DNA from: a virus
Lineage: Duplodnaviria > Heunggongvirae > Uroviricota > Caudoviricetes
Direction: 5' to 3' (one strand)
DNA length: 64,000 nucleotides
IMG/VR virus record: IMGVR_UViG_3300000553_000006
Span: 64,001-128,000 of that record
Below the pieces are notes generated by a model. It worked only from the letters and a program-made list of their open reading frames with translations. It made no database searches and had not been told where the DNA came from. The position numbers were made by a program, and so were the translations under genes. This document shows positions 35,590-45,636 of this stretch, one piece after another (position 1 is the first letter of the stretch; every line of letters begins with the position of its first letter).

Positions 35590-36141
35590 TTAGTTTCCAC
35601 CACCGTCGCCAGTGTTTCCACCAGTAACATCAAACCAATCGTACATGAAGTTAACTGTGAACTCTTCGATTTGGTCAGTAGCACCCCAATCTAGTGAGAT
35701 TGATGATACTGATTCTGGGTAGATACCATGGAAAGTATATTGGCGTAGAACGTTACCGCGCTTACCATATTGAGTAACAATAGCATCAGACTTATAAGCT
35801 AGTGGAGAAGCAGAACCAAAGGTACGTAGGTTACCTTGTAGTGAGTTGATTCTGTTTGACCATGTTTCTAGAGCATTACGAATAAGGAAGTCTTCGTCAT
35901 TGATAACAGTTACTGGCCAAGCTTCGAATGTACGGTCACCAGCAAGCTTTGTCATACGGCCGAAGAATGGAACCTGAATAGTGCCAAGTGTAGAGGCTGG
36001 CAGTGAAGCAGCCTTACACATAACAGGAACCTTAATATCAGCAGCACCGTCAGCAGGATTGATGAACTGAACATGGAATTGGGTTTGACGAGCACCCCCA
36101 AATTCTAGTTGAGCCTTAAATTCTTCAATACTGAAAGTCAT
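35590..36141 (-). CDS. 19: Tail tube protein (gp19)
   Basis: GGARQTQF, FFGRMTKLAGDRTFEAW.VTVIND, IEEFTV.F.YD. Confidence 0.96.
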   Translation of the reverse strand: MTFSIEEFKAQLEFGGARQTQFHVQFINPADGAADIKVPVMCKAASLPASTLGTIQVPFFGRMTKLAGDRTFEAWPVTVINDEDFLIRNALETWSNRINSLQGNLRTFGSASPLAYKSDAIVTQYGKRGNVLRQYTFHGIYPESVSSISLDWGATDQIEEFTVNFMYDWFDVTGGNTGDGGGN

Positions 36142-36171
36142 CTTAGTATTCTCCTATGTTTCTTTTATTTA

Positions 36172-38376
36172 TTAGAACTTACCAACAATTTCGGAGAATT
36201 CAACGCCTGTTCTAACAGCGACAAAGTTAAGCTGAATGAAGTTGATTGACTTCGCAGGCTTAATGTAGATGTCACCAACGAATCGGTTACCATCGATCAC
36301 TTCAGGAGTGTTGTTTGTGTCATCGCAGACTACGCGGAAATCGTAAATACCACGGCGACCTTGAACATCACGTAGGAATGGAGTCACTAGTGACACGAAT
36401 TGTGCACGAGTGAAAGCATCGTTGAACTCAAACAGAGTGAACTTAGAAGCAGTTGAGATTGCCTTTTCAAGAACAATGAACAGACGACGAACGTTGATTC
36501 TGTCGAAAGCACTTGGCTTTGCAAGCAGAGTCTTGTCACCGAATAGAACAGTTCCTTGACCTGGGAAGGTAACAACTGGGTTGATACCGTTTGAGTATAG
36601 AAGGTCGCGATCTGCCTTGGTTGGGTTCCATGCAAGCTTTACGATGTTTAGGATTTGACCACGGTTAAATCCGGCTGGTGACCACCATGGGTCACGTACA
36701 AGGTCAGTACGCACGCATAGACCAGCTGTATCACCGTTTAGTGGAACATAACGGTATACGTCGTTATACTTGTCGTATTGATACTTGTAACCTGAGTCCA
36801 TTACAACGTAGCTTGTAGAACGACCGAAAGCGTTACGGTAAGCTACTACGCTTGCACCTTCATTACCAGCGTTACTTACAACGTTGTTCTTTGGTGGTGA
36901 GATGAAGGCTACGCAGTCCTTACGAGCACCAACGATATTGTCAGCCACGTAGCCAGCAATAACAGCGCTGTTGCTTTCTGGACGACCAGTTAGAACTAGA
37001 GAAACAGTAATGTTTTCTGCTGATCTGTATTGGTCGTAACCAAATAGGATGGTGCTTGTAGCAACTGCAGTTTCGTCTGAACCGTCTGAACCATAATTGA
37101 ATGATACAGTAGTTGGGTTAGTAGCTGTAGATGAAACGATAGTTGTGCTATCACCAGAAGCGGCAGTAGTAGTATCTTCGATGTTATACACATAAGCTGA
37201 GTTGTTGTTTAGCACAGTACGGTAGTAGTTTGTAGAACCGTCTTGTGTCTTAGCTTGAGTATTTCTTGAAAGGTTTTGGTAAACTTCAAGAACTGTACCT
37301 GGGATACCAGTGAACGTGCCGTCTTGGTCAACAACCACAACGTGAACTTCGTCAACTACTGAAGTGTTAGCACCGAAGCTGGCTTGATAACTAGAAGTAC
37401 CTGGAGCACCAGCAACGTTGTTGAAGAACTGCCATAGACGAGTCACTGTTGTTTCAGTGATGTTAGCAGCCAACTTGTAGTTTTGAGCAAAGGTTAGGTT
37501 TACGTTGCTTCCGTTTAGAGTAGCAGCAGTGATTTGTAGATATTGAGTTCCAAGAGTTGAGTTACCAGCTGCAACATAGTCACCAACAGTAAGTTGTGAC
37601 AGAGCAGTGTTAGCCGCAGTTGGAGTAGAGAAGGTCATTGCTGTAGTGTTAGAACCAACTACGAATGCAGTATTTGTTGTAACAATGTTTGATGAGAATG
37701 CAGTAGCACTATCGCATTGTGATACTTGTAGAGAGTTACCTAGAGCACCTGGGAACTTCGCAATGTATGGAACTTCACCATCAGTTGGGAAGGTTGTGTT
37801 ATCGAATACAGCCTTGTTAGGAATGGTGAATGTGCTTAGTGGATTTGCGATAGCACCAGTATTACCGATAGCAGTAAAGGTAGTTGTTGGGTTTGCAGTC
37901 AGAATTGATCCGTTAACAGAAGCTGTTAGAGCCTTGTTAACTTGGATTGTTACTGTTGAACCGTTAGCAGTTACTTGGTTGTTGTACACAGTTGTTCCAG
38001 ATGGAATACCAGGTCCATAAACCAAGTCGCCGTTTGAAATACCAGGGGTGTTACCAGTAATTACTAGAGTGTTTGCTGAGTTGTTGGCAGCTGTAACTGT
38101 GTTTGCAGAACCTGTAGTATTGGCTGCACGAGTTACGTATAGTTGATTTCCGTATGCAAGGAAGTTAGCACCAGTGAACCATGTTTCTGCGTTAAAATTG
38201 GTTGGCTTACCGAAACGAGCAACTAGAGTTGATTCAGAATCAACAAGGATTGGCTGAGCAACAGGACCCCAACGGTATAGTCCAGCTATTGCTCCTGTAG
38301 TAGTAGCAACCGCAGGCACAACTGTAGTTAGGTCAATTTCGCTAACATTTACATCTGGGCTTATTTGAAACGCCAT
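36172..38376 (-). CDS. 18: Tail sheath protein (gp18)
   Basis: SPDVNVSEIDLT, WGPV, SPAGFNRG, FDRINVRRLF, IKPAKSINFIQLNFVA. Confidence 0.97.
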   Translation of the reverse strand: MAFQISPDVNVSEIDLTTVVPAVATTTGAIAGLYRWGPVAQPILVDSESTLVARFGKPTNFNAETWFTGANFLAYGNQLYVTRAANTTGSANTVTAANNSANTLVITGNTPGISNGDLVYGPGIPSGTTVYNNQVTANGSTVTIQVNKALTASVNGSILTANPTTTFTAIGNTGAIANPLSTFTIPNKAVFDNTTFPTDGEVPYIAKFPGALGNSLQVSQCDSATAFSSNIVTTNTAFVVGSNTTAMTFSTPTAANTALSQLTVGDYVAAGNSTLGTQYLQITAATLNGSNVNLTFAQNYKLAANITETTVTRLWQFFNNVAGAPGTSSYQASFGANTSVVDEVHVVVVDQDGTFTGIPGTVLEVYQNLSRNTQAKTQDGSTNYYRTVLNNNSAYVYNIEDTTTAASGDSTTIVSSTATNPTTVSFNYGSDGSDETAVATSTILFGYDQYRSAENITVSLVLTGRPESNSAVIAGYVADNIVGARKDCVAFISPPKNNVVSNAGNEGASVVAYRNAFGRSTSYVVMDSGYKYQYDKYNDVYRYVPLNGDTAGLCVRTDLVRDPWWSPAGFNRGQILNIVKLAWNPTKADRDLLYSNGINPVVTFPGQGTVLFGDKTLLAKPSAFDRINVRRLFIVLEKAISTASKFTLFEFNDAFTRAQFVSLVTPFLRDVQGRRGIYDFRVVCDDTNNTPEVIDGNRFVGDIYIKPAKSINFIQLNFVAVRTGVEFSEIVGKF

Positions 38377-38439
38377 GTTTGTCTCCTATCAGGGTCTTTA
38401 TAAAGAAGAATCTTTTTTATATTTATAATTTCAAGGAAC

Positions 38440-40095
38440 TTAGAACCAACTGTCCCAGGCTTTGTTGAATTCTGCATCTAGATCAATTGTCTTAACAATA
38501 TCTTCGTCAGGCATTCCATCGTCATATACACCGAATGGAAGTAGATCTTCCATAACTTCTTCTTCGCTTCTATCTCGTAATTGAGTAATTGTATTTATGT
38601 CTGAGTATTCCTTAAAGAATGATTGGTCTGAGAACCAAGCAAACAGAACAAGACACATTACCAAGTCGTCGTGACAACCAGGTTCAGCTTCATATGAGTT
38701 GTTTTTCTTTGAGAACGTAGACATTTCTTGAATGGTATTAAAGTCATTGATGATGAATTGATTTTGCTCAACAAGCAACTTCAACATAGAACAACCAACA
38801 GCCTTAACGGTCTTAGTAGTCTTTACGCCGCGCTCTGCATTTTTACCGTAGCCGAGAGTTACCTTACGCCCTCCGTTCTTACCGTCGTTTGCAGTGTAAA
38901 GAATGTTGTCATAACCGTATTCATAAAGCACATTGTCTACTACTTGCTGACCGATGTCATTGTTTTCGGCAAGTAGAGCGGCTTGATTGTACAGCTTACA
39001 GATGTTGAATAGAATCTTTGAATATTCGATTGGAGTGATACGATTGTTTCTGAAGGTACACACTTGTTCGTATGGCATTTTTGTAACATCAATTACTTGG
39101 AATGCAGAGTAGTCAAGACCCTTACCACGTGAGGTGTCAGCAACAACTGCATAGATGTGATTTTCTTCGGGAGCCTTGTATTGATAGACTCCATCCTTAG
39201 CCATAAGAGGATCGATTGGGAACAGTTCTTTCAACTTCCAACCAGCAATCAGTGTACCAGAAGAACCGAGGAACTGTACTTCGTGTTCCTGACTGAACTT
39301 CTCAATGTCACCACCCATACCAGCAAGAGTAGAACGCTTCCATTCTTCGTCTCTTCCTGGAACCTTTGACCAGTGAACTTCGATAGGGTTATAATCATTC
39401 TTTTGAGTAAGAGCTTCTGCCCACAACTTGTAAAAGTGGTTCATACCGTTTGGAGTAGAAACCAGAACGATCTTAGTAGTCTTACCAGATGAAATGGTTG
39501 GAAATACAGATGTGAAGAATTCTTCCCAGTTTTCGATGAAGGCTGCTTCGTCGATGAAGAGCAGGTTGATGGCGTAACCACGAATGGCTGATGCTGAGGT
39601 AGCAGAAGCGATTACGCGTGAGTTGTTTTCAAGTTCTAGAGAACGTTTGTTCCATTCTACCACACCTTGTTGTAGCCACTTTGGTAGATGTTCGTAAGCA
39701 AGCTGTACCTTGCCAAGAATTTCTTGTGCAGTTTCAGCCTTGTTGGCAAGAATAGCTACGTTCTTTTCTGAGTGGAAGATGATGTACCAAAGAATAAATC
39801 CACAGGTAGTAGTAGACTTACCAACCTGACGAGCAGTCGTGATGATTGTATGGCGATTATCAGCCATACTGTTAATCATATCTTGTTGGAAATCGTGCAG
39901 CTTGAAGTTAACTAGACCATCATCTACGTTGATGATCTTCATGTATGTTTCAATAAAGTAGATTGGATTTTGTGCACACTTAAGGTATTCTTGAAGAAGC
40001 TCAGGAGTCCACTGTACAGAAACACCGCTTCTTTTTAAGTTGGAGTTCCCCATATAGGAACTATAATCAGAAATGTTTTCTATAGATCCTTTCAT
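38440..40095 (-). CDS. 17: Terminase large subunit (gp17)
   Basis: ARQVGKST, LENNSRV, FIDEAAF, STPNG, ADTSRG.G.DYSAF, HDDLVM; start at MKGSI. Confidence 0.97.
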   Translation of the reverse strand: MKGSIENISDYSSYMGNSNLKRSGVSVQWTPELLQEYLKCAQNPIYFIETYMKIINVDDGLVNFKLHDFQQDMINSMADNRHTIITTARQVGKSTTTCGFILWYIIFHSEKNVAILANKAETAQEILGKVQLAYEHLPKWLQQGVVEWNKRSLELENNSRVIASATSASAIRGYAINLLFIDEAAFIENWEEFFTSVFPTISSGKTTKIVLVSTPNGMNHFYKLWAEALTQKNDYNPIEVHWSKVPGRDEEWKRSTLAGMGGDIEKFSQEHEVQFLGSSGTLIAGWKLKELFPIDPLMAKDGVYQYKAPEENHIYAVVADTSRGKGLDYSAFQVIDVTKMPYEQVCTFRNNRITPIEYSKILFNICKLYNQAALLAENNDIGQQVVDNVLYEYGYDNILYTANDGKNGGRKVTLGYGKNAERGVKTTKTVKAVGCSMLKLLVEQNQFIINDFNTIQEMSTFSKKNNSYEAEPGCHDDLVMCLVLFAWFSDQSFFKEYSDINTITQLRDRSEEEVMEDLLPFGVYDDGMPDEDIVKTIDLDAEFNKAWDSWF

Positions 40096-40583
40096 GATAC
40101 ACAATCCTTGTGGTGGTTTACATAATGACAGTACCAAATACCCTTTGATAAAGTACCAGATTCATTAGGTTTGTGACAAAAAACGCAAGAAACTACTACT
40201 CTATTTTTAGCAGCTAAAGATATTTTCTTCTTTGTTTCTTGTGAATGTGGGGAAGTATGAGAACCTACAGGTGGTCGAAATTTACCTGATCTACAAAGTT
40301 CTTTCATTAATTTGCTATGTTCTGGTCGTTTCTTTCCAGTGTTCTTTTTAGTAGCGGACACTGTCATTTTGATCATATGCTCTTTAGATTTTGGTTTACC
40401 TTTAAGAGATTCCGAAATTCTTTTCTTATGTTCTTCTGGAAATGATCTTCCTCTATTCCAATCAGTTTTTTGTTGTTTAGCGTAAGGAGAAAAACAATCT
40501 TCTGTTGTAGAATATTCAAATAATTTTGGAGTTAGACCTAATGTGATGCAAAGTCTATGTGAGTCAATAATGTTCTCTACCAT
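40092..40583 (-). mobile_element. NUMOD3 and Zn-finger homing-endonuclease-like gene with no recognisable catalytic domain
   Basis: GRSFPEEHKKRISESLKGKPKSKEH, HSQETKKKIS, CVFCHK; between gp16 and gp17. Confidence 0.7.
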
Positions 40584-41002
40584 TATTCCTCATTCTTTTT
40601 CTGATCAGCAAGAAACTTCTGTAGTTCTGCAGTACTACCCACAAACAGATTGTTATTGATAGTGTCGCCGCCATTGCTTGCTCCAGGAGATCTGCCTTCA
40701 ATATCTTTGATTTGCTTACTTAGTGCAAGCAGTTCTTTGTTCGCATGAACAAGCTTTTCAATCATACCAGCAACGACTTCGTATGCTCTTGGGTGTTGAG
40801 TCTGAGAAGCAAAGTCAATCATATCACCAAGTGCTTGTTGACCATCTTCAATGATAGAACGAATATTAGAACGTGCATAGTCGTAGTCATCAGAAGCCTT
40901 GGTAGACGCCTTTGGCTCTTCAGGTGGAAGGACTTCTTGTCTTGCTGGAACAATTGGAGTAAGTCCTAGGAATTTGCTAATTGGATCGTTGTTCGCTGCC
41001 AT
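40583..41002 (-). CDS. 16: Terminase small subunit (gp16)
   Basis: DYDYARSNI, HPRAYEV, NNNLFVGSTAELQK. Confidence 0.93.
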   Translation of the reverse strand: MAANNDPISKFLGLTPIVPARQEVLPPEEPKASTKASDDYDYARSNIRSIIEDGQQALGDMIDFASQTQHPRAYEVVAGMIEKLVHANKELLALSKQIKDIEGRSPGASNGGDTINNNLFVGSTAELQKFLADQKKNEE

Positions 41003-41574
41003 TAGATATACTTTCTCAATTCTTTATTATATTTCTTACCCTTACGTAAACTGTTCATTATTCTATTTTGTTCAGAGCGTAGAGGCTTTTTGTGTCCTTT
41101 CATATTTTCAGTATTACTTTTTGGTCTCTTTAGTTTGATAATGGTTTCTTGAGAATGTTTTCTATTAAGAGCACTCGCTCTCATTTTTGCTTTTGTTTCT
41201 TCAGAAAGAGATTTCCCTCTCCAATAACCACCCATATTTACTTTGTTGGTTTTTGGTTTACGCATTTTAGATTTTGCGTCATCAGTATGATTCCCGAAGA
41301 ACCCTCCATCCATTCCATTCTCGAATTTTAAGTTTGCCCAATTCTCTGATTCAACAATATTATTCTCTACAGAAAATGATAATGCGAAAGAAGAACATTC
41401 TTTTTCTGAAGGAAATTCCCAGACTTTAAGTGTTTCTACAAATTTTCCGTGCGTCTTTAAGTGTCTTTTCCAATATTTCCCTGATCCATAATACTTATAT
41501 GGATCTCTAGTAGTTTTACCAAAATACTTAAGACCTGTAATTTTATGCTGTTTTATGTATAGAAAGATGGTCAT
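41002..41574 (-). mobile_element. GIY-YIG (Seg-like) homing endonuclease with NUMOD3 repeats
   Basis: LYIKQHKITGLKYFGKT...YYGSG.YW...WANLKFENG; between gp15 and gp16. Confidence 0.88.
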
Positions 41575-42395
41575 ATGTTTTCGGTAAAATCTATAATAAA
41601 TCCGTAGTTAGAATTTGCAGCAATGTTAGCCACTGGAATAGATAGTGCTGCATTAGAAGTAGGCTGTCCGTTCGCTGTTAGACCAGGAGTAGTAATGAAT
41701 GTTTGTGTAGCATTGGAAGTTCCGATTGCTTCATCAATTGTCTTACCATCTGGAGTATAGAAGTATACGTCTGCTTCCTTGATTACCTTTGGCTTTGTAA
41801 CTGGTCCGTACAGATATCCCTTGAGAGTAAATGACAGAGTCCAGTTGATAGATCTACGTGTCTCAAAATTACTTTCGTAGTTGTCGTCTTGTGACACTGT
41901 TTTAAGAATGACAGGAATATCCATCTTCAAAGCCATGTCTGGAATTACTGTAATAGTAGTAGTCCACTCAGGTTTGAAGTATGGAAGGATTTGTTCAACG
42001 ATTCTTGTTCCATCGTCCGCGTTTCTTGCCATCACAGTCATTACAATATCAAAATCATAAGGAACTGGATTGTATTGAGAATAGAATGTTGTCAGATCTG
42101 GATTTTGATTCTTGTTACGACCAACGCTGTTCAGCTTACGCTCTTCAGCGTAGCGAATGTTCTTGATCTCAAATGAGATACGTGGAAGTAGTTGATCGAT
42201 TTGGCGCAGTAGATCAGGATTTTGTTCTAGACGAGTAAGGTAACGTTCTCTTGGTCCGTATGAGATAGGAACCTTGATTGTCTTAAGAAGATTACCTGCA
42301 GAGTCGACTCGTTCAATATAGATGTCATTGAACAGAGAACCAAATAGAACAACGTATTTACGGATCAATCCGAAGTAAAAAGTAGAACCGAAAAT
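41571..42395 (-). CDS. 15: Tail sheath stabiliser / completion protein (gp15), probable ATT start
   Basis: FYFGLIRKYVVLFGSLFNDI, VPISYGP, LPRISFE, PVPY, EQILPYFKP, WTLSFTLKGYLYGP; no in-frame ATG, AGGAGA 6 nt before ATT. Confidence 0.9.
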   Translation of the reverse strand: MFGSTFYFGLIRKYVVLFGSLFNDIYIERVDSAGNLLKTIKVPISYGPRERYLTRLEQNPDLLRQIDQLLPRISFEIKNIRYAEERKLNSVGRNKNQNPDLTTFYSQYNPVPYDFDIVMTVMARNADDGTRIVEQILPYFKPEWTTTITVIPDMALKMDIPVILKTVSQDDNYESNFETRRSINWTLSFTLKGYLYGPVTKPKVIKEADVYFYTPDGKTIDEAIGTSNATQTFITTPGLTANGQPTSNAALSIPVANIAANSNYGFIIDFTENI

Positions 42396-42432
42396 GATAC
42401 TTCTCCTAAATAACACGCACAAGGAGCACGCT

Positions 42433-43086
42433 ATGACTATTTATACTCCATATACTTATCTAATTGGATGGACCAAATTAAACAAATGGTATTACGGATC
42501 TAGATACGCAAAGAAAAGCCATCCAAAAGATTTGTGGACTACGTATTTTACATCTTCTAAACATGTAAAGAAATTTAGAGATCTACATGGTGATCCTGAT
42601 AGTATTCAAATTAGAAAAGTTTTTACAGACGCGCAGTCAGCTAGATTGTGGGAAGAACGAGTATTACGAAAACTTGATGTGATACATTCAGATATTTGGC
42701 TTAACAAAACAAACAATAAAGGAATTGATCCAACTGTAAAACGAAACACAATACCCGGAAGCAAAGCTGCAGCAGAAAAAAGAAAAGGAAAAACATTTGA
42801 GGAATTATTTGGGATAGAAAAAGCCAAAGAACTTAAAGATCTTACTTCTAGAATAGCAAAATCTAATTGGTCTGATCCGAAACTAGCTGAACGTATGAAA
42901 CGCAAACCTTCAGATACTTCTCGTTATAAAGAAGCTGCAATAAAAAGATGGGCGAATAAAGAAGACTCTGAGAAAAGAAAACAGAGCATGAGTAAATCTG
43001 CAAAATCTAGAGTTAAAACTTCTTTAAGAAATGCTGAAGGGAAATTTACTGTGAACCACCTTCCGAGAACGGATCATGTACGCTAA
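42433..43086 (+). mobile_element. GIY-YIG (Seg-like) homing endonuclease, paralog of 14977..15501
   Basis: YTYLIGW...WYYGSR...YFTSS; CTAAATA (42406-42412) and AAGGAG upstream; antisense insertion between gp14 and gp15. Confidence 0.85.
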
Positions 43087-43777
43087 AGTCAATGAATGTG
43101 TCAGACACGCTCTCAAAGTATTTATTCTCTTCACCTCCAATTACGTTATCAACTTCACCGAATGATTCGTCAATTAGTTCTAGAGTTCCATCTTCAGTAG
43201 TTAGCCAGTTACCAAGCTCATCAGTAATTCTGAAGTTGTCAGAACCAGTATCGTAAGCAGTTTGTAGACCATCGATTTCTGGAACGCCAGTGTTGAATGC
43301 TTCACCAGAGTAATTGAACTTCTCACAACGTAGTTCATAAAATTGTAGAGCGCCAGTTTGATAGAAGGTTGCTTCGTGTTCTACGAATTTGATCTCAAAC
43401 ACACCCTTGGTAAATGGGAAGTATAGAAGATCTCCTTCGAATGGACGAACCATACTTAGCGGATCGCCAATGTCTTCTGCGAATCTACGACGAGCCACAC
43501 ACATAGTAAGTGTATCTCCAGCCATCAGACCGAACTTTGACATTAGATCTCCATCACCACCAAATCCAAGGTAGTTCTTAAGATACATCTCAATGAGAAC
43601 TGCTTTATTGAATGAAGAGGTAGGATCTTCACCAAATAGTCTGTCAGTATTTGAGCGTGTTCTTGGAATATAATATACGTCGATTCCATAAATCTTGATC
43701 ATCTCCTCAGCAAGATCGTTGAGAAGATTTTGAGTAGCACTAAAACCAAAATTATTGAAGAAGACGTTTGTAGCCAC
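43046..43777 (-). CDS. 14: Neck protein (gp14)
   Basis: EEMIKIYGIDVYYIPR, FGEDP.S.F, RPFEGDLLYFP, FEIKFVE, ELRCEKF.YSGE. Confidence 0.93.
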   Translation of the reverse strand: MATNVFFNNFGFSATQNLLNDLAEEMIKIYGIDVYYIPRTRSNTDRLFGEDPTSSFNKAVLIEMYLKNYLGFGGDGDLMSKFGLMAGDTLTMCVARRRFAEDIGDPLSMVRPFEGDLLYFPFTKGVFEIKFVEHEATFYQTGALQFYELRCEKFNYSGEAFNTGVPEIDGLQTAYDTGSDNFRITDELGNWLTTEDGTLELIDESFGEVDNVIGGEENKYFESVSDTFIDFSVHDPFSEGGSQ

Positions 43778-43780
43778 AGG

Positions 43781-44521
43781 TTATCCAATCATATCTGTGA
43801 GTGGCATGCTGAAGCTGTTAATCATTTCATCTTCCATCTTGTCAATTTCTTTTTGAGCATCGTCAAAAATCTTGTTACCGTTAAACTTCATACCACCAGG
43901 TAGAGCTACTTCTTGGAACAATGAAAGATGTTTTCCCCATTGGCGCTTAATCAATGCAGTGCAGTAACGTTGAAGCCAACGATCACCCCATACATCAGAG
44001 TAAAGAGTTGGGTCAACTACTTCGTATGCTTCAACAACAAAGTATTCACCTACGTTGATCTTGGTCCAGTCCATGTCAACATACAGTCTATTCTTGTGGC
44101 GATTGTATCGAATTGGCTGTTCACCAACAAGCATTTGTTCAAGGAACTGAATGTGTTGCATAGCAAGATAGTAAGGAACAAGAGTAGTCGCAGTAAGATC
44201 ATACAAATCGTTCAACGCAATTTGATAACGAATGTTGAATAGATTGTTTGTTGATAGATTTTGTCCGATCGGAAAGATCTTCACAACGCCGATAATGTTT
44301 TCTGGAATTGTGATGTAACGATTCGCAATGTCAGATGCTTGAACTTGATATTTGTAGTAAGTTTTATCTGTACCGTCAAAATGATAATCCCAGTAATACT
44401 TAAGAGCTTCATCAACACGGTCGTCTACTTGATCGTCGTCTACGTTGATGTCGATCACAGGCTTACCAAGACTGCGGAGACAGTATTCTTTGAATTCTTC
44501 TCTGGTTGTAGGGACTGACAT
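43781..44521 (-). CDS. 13: Neck protein (gp13)
   Basis: YCLRSLGKPVIDINVDDDQV.DRVDEAL, WLQRYCTALIKRQWG, LPGG...NG. Confidence 0.95.
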   Translation of the reverse strand: MSVPTTREEFKEYCLRSLGKPVIDINVDDDQVDDRVDEALKYYWDYHFDGTDKTYYKYQVQASDIANRYITIPENIIGVVKIFPIGQNLSTNNLFNIRYQIALNDLYDLTATTLVPYYLAMQHIQFLEQMLVGEQPIRYNRHKNRLYVDMDWTKINVGEYFVVEAYEVVDPTLYSDVWGDRWLQRYCTALIKRQWGKHLSLFQEVALPGGMKFNGNKIFDDAQKEIDKMEDEMINSFSMPLTDMIG

Positions 44522-44542
44522 CAGTTATCCTTTTATTTTTAT

Positions 44543-45265
44543 TTAGGCTGCTTGAAGTTCTCTGATACATACAAAGGACATAAGGTTATTTTTCAAACTT
44601 ATTGTAAGATTGTTAGACTTTACTTTACGAATAGTTCCATCTGGAAGCGAAACTCCATTTACAGTAACACCGTCTCCTCTAATGATGATGTAAGTAGTAT
44701 CTGAAGATTTATTATATGTTACAGTTTGACCATCAGTAAGAGTAACAAAATTATTGATCCAGTGTGCAGTATCTTTACTAATCATACAATAGACGAAGTA
44801 CCCATCATCAATAGCCTCTGAATAAAATGGTCCAAAGAATCCATATTGATTATCTTCTTGGTACCAAGTTCCTGGAACTCTTTTACCAAAATCAATAACT
44901 CTAGAATATGTTCTAAGATCATAATCTAGATGTCTATCGGTTGTCAAATACTCAAATGGAAATGGCGCGCGATCAAGATTGTCAAACAAATAGTGAGCAT
45001 CATTGTCCTGCTCTGGTAGCCATTTATTAATAGACAATACTCGACCATTATGCAGTCCGATGTAATCACTATTAGTTTTAGTTAACATTGAAAATTCAGG
45101 ATGAAATTCCAATCCTGTCTTAGACATATGTTCAAATGTTGCAAGATCAGGTACACCAAACATTTTACCTTTGTTTGCTGGATCAGTTACATAAGAATAT
45201 GCTAGAATGTTGTCAAGATTAGTTAGATCCGACCAAGTAAATGTAGTTCGAAATGCGTTAGCCAT
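44543..45265 (-). CDS. Hypothetical protein (240 aa) downstream of the adhesin
   Basis: Intact ORF coupled by TAATG to the upstream gene; no family recognised. Confidence 0.7.
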   Translation of the reverse strand: MANAFRTTFTWSDLTNLDNILAYSYVTDPANKGKMFGVPDLATFEHMSKTGLEFHPEFSMLTKTNSDYIGLHNGRVLSINKWLPEQDNDAHYLFDNLDRAPFPFEYLTTDRHLDYDLRTYSRVIDFGKRVPGTWYQEDNQYGFFGPFYSEAIDDGYFVYCMISKDTAHWINNFVTLTDGQTVTYNKSSDTTYIIIRGDGVTVNGVSLPDGTIRKVKSNNLTISLKNNLMSFVCIRELQAA

Positions 45266-45627
45266 TAAATGTCCTCAGAATTTAGGAGATTTCCTTTTAT
45301 GAATGCAATTGTTACACCGTCAAAAGCGGCGTCAATTGGATCTGGATTCGGAACTAGAGTAGGATGAACTACTATTTCATATGTAGGAGAAACAGATTTC
45401 CCGTCTGGATTTACTTCAAACCCAAAATATCTAATGTCTTGTGTTTCAGGATCGTAATTAATTTCTGGCCAAATTACTGGAACATATCCATAATTGAATG
45501 CATCTTCTACACTCAGATGGTTAAACCCAGTAATCCATGTACCATCCTCAAGTTGATAAGAGTACGGTAATGGTCCAGGATCACTAACGATTTTACCGTA
45601 TTCAAGTTTAACGTATTCTTGTTCCAT
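45265..45627 (-). CDS. Possible fibre assembly / adhesin accessory protein
   Basis: Follows the adhesin gene; GYVPV...YDPETQ motif typical of fibre-associated small proteins. Confidence 0.55.
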   Translation of the reverse strand: MEQEYVKLEYGKIVSDPGPLPYSYQLEDGTWITGFNHLSVEDAFNYGYVPVIWPEINYDPETQDIRYFGFEVNPDGKSVSPTYEIVVHPTLVPNPDPIDAAFDGVTIAFIKGNLLNSEDI

Positions 45628-45636
45628 AGTTTCCTC

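Noticed and set aside
5733-40095. Inteins or group I introns in gp41, gp43, gp46, gp17 or gp20
   Set aside because: All have normal lengths and continuous motifs; the endonucleases are intergenic.
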